From positions 1-40,091 of IMG/VR virus record IMGVR_UViG_3300033076_000932: a stretch of DNA of 40,091 bases, one strand, 5' to 3'. Source of the DNA: a virus (taxonomy: Duplodnaviria; Caudoviricetes). Under the pieces are notes generated by a model. That model worked only from the letters and a program-made list of their open reading frames with translations. It was not told where the DNA came from and ran no database searches. Positions 33,418 through 40,091 of this stretch are shown piece by piece. The translations under genes were made by a program, and so were the position numbers. The stretch's first letter is position 1, and each line of letters starts with the position of its first letter.

Positions 33418-34227
33418 TCAGAAAGAGGAGGTTGCGATGCGCCGCCAGACATTGGTTGAGGTGCAGATATATAGATATCCGCCGCCATAGGCGAAGGTGC
33501 CAGTGACACCGTTGGAGGTGGCTGTAGCCGGGGCGGTGTTGATGCTGACGCCCACCGCATCAAGCCCCTTGGGGCCGGGAGAGCCGCAGGCGGCAATCAC
33601 CGCATAGCGTGGGTTGCTCCCCTTCTGCTCCTGCTGCGTGGGAAGGATGCCAACGGAATCACGCAGGGTGAGGTAGGTGGAGCCTCTGAAGGTGAAGGTG
33701 TCGCCACGCTTGAGCAGCAGATCCTTGCTCCAGTTCCCCTTGAATGAATTGGCGAAGCTGCTGCCGGTGTCTTCAGCAGGCTTGGCCGCAAACTCCAGCC
33801 GGGTCTTCTCGGTGGCGGCATTCACCACATCTGCAAACTGCTTTTCAGCCAGAGCAAACCGCTGCGAAACATCCTCCCGAGTTGCCTTCAACTCCACCCG
33901 CAGGCCAGCCACCGCCTCATTGGCGGCGGCAAAGTGCGAGGTGATTTCCTCGAGCTTGCCCGCAAACTCCTGCTTTACCCGTGCCAGCGTGGTCTGGATA
34001 AGCCCCAGCAATTCCTTCTCACTGGCGGCAGTGAGCTGCTTGGTGTTATCCAGCAAAGCATCCTTGGTGGTGGCAGACTGCTTTTCAAACCAGGTGAGGA
34101 ACTGCGCATAGCTCTCCTTCTTCCACTCCTCAACGATGGCAGGGAAAGCCTGCGCCAGCCGATTGTGGTCATCCTGCAGCTCAATGAATCCCTCAACTAG
34201 ACGGTGCAGCTTTTCTTCATCGCTCAT
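33418..34227 (-). CDS. Portal-adjacent coiled-coil protein with small beta domains
   Basis: Coiled coil, FKGNW...GDTFTFRGSTY, GSPGPKG, YLYICTSTNVWRR. Confidence 0.65.
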   Translation of the reverse strand: MSDEEKLHRLVEGFIELQDDHNRLAQAFPAIVEEWKKESYAQFLTWFEKQSATTKDALLDNTKQLTAASEKELLGLIQTTLARVKQEFAGKLEEITSHFAAANEAVAGLRVELKATREDVSQRFALAEKQFADVVNAATEKTRLEFAAKPAEDTGSSFANSFKGNWSKDLLLKRGDTFTFRGSTYLTLRDSVGILPTQQEQKGSNPRYAVIAACGSPGPKGLDAVGVSINTAPATATSNGVTGTFAYGGGYLYICTSTNVWRRIATSSF

Positions 34228-34239
34228 GGTAAAATTGGT

Positions 34240-36117
34240 TTAATTGCTGGACTTGAAAAACTGCCGAGCCCAAGCCACGGCACTACCTGCCTTGGCCTTG
34301 GCCTCCCTGCGTGCAGGAACAGACTCAGATGCTTCCTTGAGCCGCAGGATGCGGTTGCGCTCTGCCGCAAAAAACTCCCCGGCAGTCTTGTTGCTCACGC
34401 CTCCACGCGATGACTTGGGCAGCAACTGCGCAGCATCCACCGCTGGGTTGCTCTGGATCACAATGGGCTTCTGCTGGGAGACGCTCTTGAGGTCTGAGAT
34501 CAGGCGGCGGAACTCGCCCATCATCTCAGGATCAACCGCTGGCTTGCCGTCGCTCGAGCCTTTGCCTGCGTCCTTGGTGTCCTTCTTATCCTCGCCACCG
34601 CCATCTCCAGCCTCCGGTTGCTCTGGCGTCTTGAACAGGAAGCCATTGCTGGTGTGCGCCTCCAGCATGGTGAGCACAACATCATCATCAAAGTCACACT
34701 CCTCTGCCAGTTGCTTGGCAGTCTTGAGCGTGCGCTTCACTTCCTCGCGAATGATCGCCTCCTGCTCCTGCGCATCCTCGCCATCCTCCGCAAAGATTGA
34801 ATCCTTGGAGCGCAGGCCAGCATTCCGCTCTGCCACCCGTGCCGCAGAGTCTCTGCCTGCATCAATCGACACAGCCGGGGCAAACTGCCACTTCCCCTTG
34901 TTCCACTTGGGGGTGTACGGAATCACACCATCAGCAATGCCCTTGAGCAGTGCGGTGTTCTTGGCTGGGTTGAGCAGTCGCTTGGTGATGTTGGCCTGGT
35001 GCCACTCAATGGTGCGGTGAGCCTGCTGCAGATCCGCCCTGACTGCTGGCCCGGTGCCCAGCATGGAGTAGATGAAGCTGTAGGGCAGATTGAGTGCGAT
35101 ACCTTGCAGGCGGATCAGCATGTCCACATAGGTCTGGAACGTGCCGCTGGGCCGATCAGACTTCATGAACTCAAACTCCGCATCGCTGGGAGCCCACTGA
35201 ATCATGCCGTACTTGAGCTGCTGCTCTTTGATCGCCACTCCATTGGCGTCTGTTTCGGTGCTGGTGATGAGCGCAGACGGGTCAGAAAGCGGCTGGCCAG
35301 AGGGTGTATAGCCAATGGCAGCGTGGTAATTCTCAAACTTTGTCCCCTGCAGGCACGCCTCCAGCACCTCTTTCAAGTCCCTTGCCTCATTCACGATGGG
35401 AGCAAACGGGGTGATCCCACGGTACTGGTCTATCCTGCGCGGATCAAAGACCAGCATCATATCCGCAGCGGGCACCGGCTGGCAGTCCACATAGGCATTG
35501 GCCTTGGTGCGCCTGTAAACATCATAGGTGATGGGCTTGCCCGTGAGCAGATCCACGGTGATCCCCTGGAACTTGTTTTCCGCTGTGCTCACCAGCACAT
35601 TGCCGCCAATGCGGTCACCCTCAATCCCCTGCAGCTTCAGCCCATCCTCACCCCAGTGCCATTTTTCGCCAATGTCGCCATCACGCAGTTGGCTCTTGAA
35701 GGCGATGCACACCAACTGCTGAAAGTCATGCCGCCCGGTGATATCACAGGTGTCAAACCAGTTGGCCAAATAGTCCTCATACTGCTGATCGATCACCTCA
35801 TTGCCGGTTCGGGCCTGATACCGCAGCTTCCCAAAAGCATACAGTGCCAGCTTGTCTATGATGGACTGGAACAGCCCAAAGTTCTGCTCCAGATCACGCA
35901 CATTGCGGATCAACTGCAGCCGGTCTGGGAATGCGGTGTAGTCTTCTGGCCCCTGGATCTGGGTGGCAGACTTGCGCAAACGGGTGGAACGTGCCGCCTC
36001 ATAGCTGAACTCACGCCGCGCACGCAGCCTTTCCGCCCCCCACTTCGGGAAGATTTGAGCAATCGCAAGGTCAAGACTGGTTGGAGCCGACATTGCGGCG
36101 AAGTCATGTGCTCTCAT
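34240..36117 (-). CDS. Phage portal protein, lambda family, with a C-terminal extension
   Basis: RDLEQN, DGD, IEGDRI, RIDQYRGITPFAP, SDRPSGTF, IDAGRD. Confidence 0.9.
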   Translation of the reverse strand: MRAHDFAAMSAPTSLDLAIAQIFPKWGAERLRARREFSYEAARSTRLRKSATQIQGPEDYTAFPDRLQLIRNVRDLEQNFGLFQSIIDKLALYAFGKLRYQARTGNEVIDQQYEDYLANWFDTCDITGRHDFQQLVCIAFKSQLRDGDIGEKWHWGEDGLKLQGIEGDRIGGNVLVSTAENKFQGITVDLLTGKPITYDVYRRTKANAYVDCQPVPAADMMLVFDPRRIDQYRGITPFAPIVNEARDLKEVLEACLQGTKFENYHAAIGYTPSGQPLSDPSALITSTETDANGVAIKEQQLKYGMIQWAPSDAEFEFMKSDRPSGTFQTYVDMLIRLQGIALNLPYSFIYSMLGTGPAVRADLQQAHRTIEWHQANITKRLLNPAKNTALLKGIADGVIPYTPKWNKGKWQFAPAVSIDAGRDSAARVAERNAGLRSKDSIFAEDGEDAQEQEAIIREEVKRTLKTAKQLAEECDFDDDVVLTMLEAHTSNGFLFKTPEQPEAGDGGGEDKKDTKDAGKGSSDGKPAVDPEMMGEFRRLISDLKSVSQQKPIVIQSNPAVDAAQLLPKSSRGGVSNKTAGEFFAAERNRILRLKEASESVPARREAKAKAGSAVAWARQFFKSSN

Positions 36118-36132
36118 CGGTTGGGCAGTCGG

Positions 36133-36381
36133 TTAGTCTGAGAAGCGGGCATAGGTCTGCGTGGTGCTGGTGCCAGCATTGCGGGCCAGCGCAGCGTTGA
36201 TCTCGGCAAGGATCTGCTTCACCTCTGCCAGATTGGCCCGGTTGAACTGCCGCCCCGCTATGGTGTAGCTCTGCCCGGTGGTGGCTATGGCATTGAGGCA
36301 GGCCAGCCAGTTGGTCTGCAGGGTGGTGAGTTGGGCGGTGCTCAACCCATAAAATGCACCAGTGATGCCCGTGGAAGCCAT
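36133..36381 (-). CDS. Head completion protein (lambda gpW-like)
   Basis: GQSYTIAGRQFNRANLAEV; between TerL and portal. Confidence 0.75.
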   Translation of the reverse strand: MASTGITGAFYGLSTAQLTTLQTNWLACLNAIATTGQSYTIAGRQFNRANLAEVKQILAEINAALARNAGTSTTQTYARFSD

Positions 36382-36400
36382 GCCCCGCCACAAGCGTCAA
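36379..36400 (-). promoter_or_regulatory. TTGACG-N13-ATG late-gene motif (gpW-like gene)
   Basis: TTGACG cttgtggcggggc ATG. Confidence 0.65.
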
Positions 36401-36434
36401 CGGTTTTGGCCGCTCCAAAATTGACGACGCGATT

Positions 36435-38276
36435 TCAGCCAGACCCAACCGGCTCCACCACTGGCTTGGTGTCCTCTGCCTTCTTCGGCATGGAGAGCAG
36501 CTTCATCAATAGCGCAAAAGCCACGCCCATCTTGCCTGTATCAAAGGCATGGTTGGCCTTGGTGGCGTGAATCTTCTCCCATGTAAGCCTGCCCGCCTTC
36601 AGGATCTTGTGCTCCCCCTTCATCTGCTCGAGGTATGCGGGCACCACATCATCTGCGTGTTCATAGCCCACGCCTCTGCCTGCCGCCAGATTAGCCAGAA
36701 TGTCTGCGCAATAGTCCTCTGAGAAGTAGATATAGTTGACAACTCGCCCGCTCACCTGGCTCCCCTGCCACGGTGAATATGGCAGATGCACCTTGAGCGG
36801 CCCCTTGCTGCGGTCTGGGTTGGGCAACTGATGCACCCAGCTCCCTTGGTTGCTGCCGAAGCAGGCGATCCAGCCATATTCTGCGCTTTCCTTGAACACC
36901 TCATGCTTCTCAAAGGCGGCATCCTGCCAGACGCACTTATCCCTCACCCCGTACTGCGCCTGCAGTTCCCTCATGCTCTCCTTGGTGTCCACCCGCCCAT
37001 AGTAGAGCTGCCTTGAGCTGCCATCCCCACGCCATGCCCTGATCTCCACCCATCTGTGGGGTGAATCGCCACGCATACCCTGCTGCCGGTCTGCCATCAT
37101 GGTGCGCCACCTCTCTCCCTCCCATTGCTGGCCTGCCGAGTAGTCCCCGGTGGAGTAGCCGCTGGCAGTTCCTTCAATGGTCACGGTCAGGTGAGTGTCT
37201 TCCCACGGGATAGACTCATCCTGCATCTTCACATCCTTCATTCCGCTTGTGTCGCCATAGCTCATCTGCTCCATCGCTGCCAGCTTGCGGGTCACCAAGT
37301 CGGCAAAACTATTGTTGAGCAACCCCGGCACCGAGAATGACCGCACATCCGCAGAGGCGTCTGGGTTCTGCGGCAGGTACTTTCCATCACGATTCCACTC
37401 AGCAATGGTCTCCGGTGAATCCTTCCACTCATGCCCGGTATGGCCGCAGACATAGCGGCAGGTTTCAATGGCTCTGGCTCTGCTCCATGTGCCATCACTG
37501 CGCTTGGCATCATCCGCCCAGACCAGTCCAAACCTCGAGCCATCCGCCCGCTTGCCTGATGCCACCAGCGGGTAGTGGTGCCCATCCACCGGGGAGCGGT
37601 AGCCCCATACCGCCTGGTGCCCCTCGCGCCAGTTGCGATCCTCAACATCGCCAGCATTCCCAGCCTGCGAGATATCCACCACCTTCTCACACTGGGTGCG
37701 GGCATAGTCGCGGGTGCGTGCCACCGCCTGATTGTACACTCCCTGCCACACCGGCAACCACAGCTCATCATTGAACTGCCAGCGGATGCCCTTACCCTGC
37801 AGGTTGGCTGGACTCACACCCTGCGCCACAAAGAAGAATGGGCCAAAGTAGATCTCAGTATTGGTGCGGTCAAAGCGTCCCTTTGGCAGCAGATCCTTGA
37901 ACGGCTGGCAGCTCATCCACAGCGGCCACAGCTTCTCCCGCATCCTCTGCTCCGCAAACTCCTGCTTCGGGAAGTTTGCCATGAGCGGACCTGGGTCATT
38001 ACACAGCACCCACGGGATGGAGATATCCACGATCAGCGATTTTCCGAAGCGGGGAGGGGCGCGGAACCGCACCCGCCTCACCATTGGGTTCTGTATCGCA
38101 TCAAACACCTCAATGAGCGGGCGGTTGATACTCACATCAAACCTGCCGGGGATGCCGTAGCTGGCGGGCAGCACCATGTGCTCATGCGCCCACTCATAGA
38201 TGGGGCGGCGGTCAGGCTTGCGCCAGCCAAGAGCCCAGCCCGGTTGGAAGTCTGCTAGTCTGAGTCCCTTTGCCAT
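36435..38276 (-). CDS. terL: Terminase large subunit (lambda GpA family)
   Basis: Walker A PPRFGKS, Walker B FNDE, YVCGHTG, nuclease MAD and NHAFD; GAGGAGG SD. Confidence 0.9.
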   Translation of the reverse strand: MAKGLRLADFQPGWALGWRKPDRRPIYEWAHEHMVLPASYGIPGRFDVSINRPLIEVFDAIQNPMVRRVRFRAPPRFGKSLIVDISIPWVLCNDPGPLMANFPKQEFAEQRMREKLWPLWMSCQPFKDLLPKGRFDRTNTEIYFGPFFFVAQGVSPANLQGKGIRWQFNDELWLPVWQGVYNQAVARTRDYARTQCEKVVDISQAGNAGDVEDRNWREGHQAVWGYRSPVDGHHYPLVASGKRADGSRFGLVWADDAKRSDGTWSRARAIETCRYVCGHTGHEWKDSPETIAEWNRDGKYLPQNPDASADVRSFSVPGLLNNSFADLVTRKLAAMEQMSYGDTSGMKDVKMQDESIPWEDTHLTVTIEGTASGYSTGDYSAGQQWEGERWRTMMADRQQGMRGDSPHRWVEIRAWRGDGSSRQLYYGRVDTKESMRELQAQYGVRDKCVWQDAAFEKHEVFKESAEYGWIACFGSNQGSWVHQLPNPDRSKGPLKVHLPYSPWQGSQVSGRVVNYIYFSEDYCADILANLAAGRGVGYEHADDVVPAYLEQMKGEHKILKAGRLTWEKIHATKANHAFDTGKMGVAFALLMKLLSMPKKAEDTKPVVEPVGSG

Positions 38277-38734
38277 GATTCCTCCTCTGCCTTGAATACA
38301 TCGCAAAGCTCATCTGCCAGAGCCCTACCGATGGAGGATATCTCGGCTGCAGTGCGGCCAACCACCTTCCCTGGATACTCCCGCTCAAGGGCTGCGTACA
38401 GCCTGCCGCGTTGCAGCGTTGATACCCGCAGCAGCATCTTGCCAACGTCTGACCGGCTCACCGTCTTCTTCTCCTCGTTGGCAATCTTGATATCAAGCAG
38501 GCGGATCTCCTTTGCCGTCTTGGTGTCCTTGTTTACAAACAGCTTTTCCTTGGTGCGCTGGTTGTGCTCACGGTAGTACCGGAAAAGCCCTTGAATGGTT
38601 GGGGTGAGCTGGTACTGCGACTCAACCGGATTTGGAAAATACCCTTCTTTAGCAAGCTGCCGGTGCCGCCTGTCGGTCAAACCGGACAGGGCGCACAGCT
38701 TTTCTGCGGTGATGGTTGCCGCTTTCTCAGCCAT
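38255..38734 (-). CDS. terS: Terminase small subunit (Nu1-like)
   Basis: wHTH ITAEKLCALSGLTDRRHRQLAKEG followed by a coiled coil; upstream of TerL. Confidence 0.8.
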   Translation of the reverse strand: MAEKAATITAEKLCALSGLTDRRHRQLAKEGYFPNPVESQYQLTPTIQGLFRYYREHNQRTKEKLFVNKDTKTAKEIRLLDIKIANEEKKTVSRSDVGKMLLRVSTLQRGRLYAALEREYPGKVVGRTAAEISSIGRALADELCDVFKAEEESWQRDSD

Positions 38735-40013
38735 GAATCTTCTTAGGCGTGCCGCCGGTTGCGTCTGCCCAGCGTTGAATTGCAACGGCGACGTAGCCGG
38801 GATTCAGTTCGATGGCGCGGCATTTGCGCCCCGTGCGCTCGCAGGCGATGATTGTGGTGCCGCTTCCGCTGAATGGTTCGTAAACTAGATCGCCGGGCTT
38901 GGAGTTGTTGCGGATTGGCCGCTCCATGCACTCGACCGGCTTCTGGGTACTGTGCCCAGTCTCGCTCTTGTGAGGCTTGTCGATTTCCCAGAGCGTGGTC
39001 TGTGTTCTGTCGTCTGTGAATCTTGCTGACTTACCATCCCTTACCGCATACCAGCACGGCTCATGCTTAACATGGTAATCGCCACGTCCTATCGGAAACT
39101 GATTTTTAGCCCATATAATCTGCATTCTAATCACAAACCCCGAGTCTTGGAGCGCCTTGGCGTGAACAAGACTCGTGGCACCCGGCGGGTGCCACTGGTA
39201 TATCACATCACCAGGAAATAGCGCCCACGCATCACTCCAGTCTGCCCTATTGTCGTTCATCACCTTTCCTATGGCGCGAGCGCCATAGGGTTTGCCGTTG
39301 GCTCGGTCTGCTTCGTTCCTCCAGCTTGCATCGTACTCCACGCCATACGGTGGGTCGGTGACCATTAAGTGCGGCTTGTCCTCGCCGAGCAACCGCCCAA
39401 CGACTTCCGCCGAAGTGCTATCTCCGCACACAATTCGGTGCGCGCCAAGCTCCCAGACCTGACCAAGCTCAACGCCCCACTTCGCCCGCAGTTCTTCCGC
39501 CTTGTCGATCTGCGGCTCTGCATCCACGTCTAAATCCACCATGAACTGGCTCATCAGGTCTGCCAGCGGCTCCTCGGCAAAGCCTGTGATCTCCATGTCT
39601 ATCTCTCCGGTGTCCAGTTCCTGCAGCAAATCCTTGAGATCGGGCAGGCTCATCTCTGCCAGTTCTGCGATGCGGTTATCTGCCACAAGGTCTGCCAGCT
39701 CATCTGCTGCGCTTTTGTAGTCCTGCACATCCACCGGCACCACTGAGAGCCCAGCCAGCTTGGCTGCGGCCAGCCTGCCGTGCCCCTTCACCACCAACCC
39801 GCTGCGCTTGCTCACCACCACAGGCGCGCGCCAGCCAGCGTGGCAGATGATCTTGGCCAGCAGTCGCAGTTGCTCTGGCGGGTGCTTGTTGGGGTTGCGC
39901 GGGTTTGGCCGCAGCTCGCCAATCGGCACCAGCTTGGTGTGCGCACAGTGGATCTGTGGCTCCTTTTCGGCCCGTACAACCACCGGGGCAACCGCCTGCT
40001 TTTTCTTTTTCAT
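38727..40013 (-). CDS. ParB-like N-terminal domain + beta-class N6-adenine/N4-cytosine DNA methyltransferase
   Basis: PNPRNPNKH, GHGRL, ADNR; TDPPY, HSTQKP, EPFSGSGTT. Confidence 0.92.
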   Translation of the reverse strand: MKKKKQAVAPVVVRAEKEPQIHCAHTKLVPIGELRPNPRNPNKHPPEQLRLLAKIICHAGWRAPVVVSKRSGLVVKGHGRLAAAKLAGLSVVPVDVQDYKSAADELADLVADNRIAELAEMSLPDLKDLLQELDTGEIDMEITGFAEEPLADLMSQFMVDLDVDAEPQIDKAEELRAKWGVELGQVWELGAHRIVCGDSTSAEVVGRLLGEDKPHLMVTDPPYGVEYDASWRNEADRANGKPYGARAIGKVMNDNRADWSDAWALFPGDVIYQWHPPGATSLVHAKALQDSGFVIRMQIIWAKNQFPIGRGDYHVKHEPCWYAVRDGKSARFTDDRTQTTLWEIDKPHKSETGHSTQKPVECMERPIRNNSKPGDLVYEPFSGSGTTIIACERTGRKCRAIELNPGYVAVAIQRWADATGGTPKKIHG

Positions 40014-40091
40014 GTGTTGGTGCTGCTAGTTAGTAACTGAAACCGGATTCAACGGATTTACCCACAAGGCTTTTTGCAGGCTCGGCGCACT

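Larger units (their letters stand above)
18600..40091. mobile_element. Temperate phage genome, right arm (immunity, replication, lysis, packaging)
   Basis: RHH regulators, DnaC-like ATPase, RusA-like, portal, terminase subunits, methylase. Confidence 0.9.

Noticed and set aside
34999-36141. Long antisense ORFs (also 8182-9207, 21283-22407, 28012-29091, 31051-31962)
   Set aside because: Shadow frames of high-GC genes on the opposite strand, with no recognisable motifs
38727-40013. Restriction-modification or plasmid partition system
   Set aside because: ParB-methylase fusions upstream of terS are common orphan phage genes; no cognate REase or ParA is present

Overview
The window looks like an essentially complete ~40 kb temperate, lambda-like (GpA terminase, lambda-type portal) siphovirus genome in its excised form, with an intact attP whose core equals the 3' end of a tRNA-Pro. 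Minus strand, right arm: ParB-methylase, TerS, TerL, gpW-like, portal, fibre-like proteins, a lysis-like cassette and a metallophosphoesterase. Plus strand, middle: early/replication genes (GIY-YIG, SSB-like, DnaC-like, RusA-like). Centre: a switch built from ribbon-helix-helix genes, attP and a tyrosine integrase. Minus strand, left arm: a ~650-nt structured non-coding region, protease/scaffold, decoration protein, major capsid, a 6.4 kb glycan-building cassette, then head-tail and tail genes. The cassette encodes a GT2-TPR-GT protein, a GT9-like protein, a Zn-dehydrogenase, a split ThDP enzyme and a SAM methyltransferase. The most notable observations are this cassette, a (T/G)TGACG-N13-ATG motif before many late genes, the structured non-coding region, a RusA-like gene split over two frames at a slippery site, and a papain-like protein where an endolysin is expected. 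All product calls come from motif recognition by eye; no searches were run.
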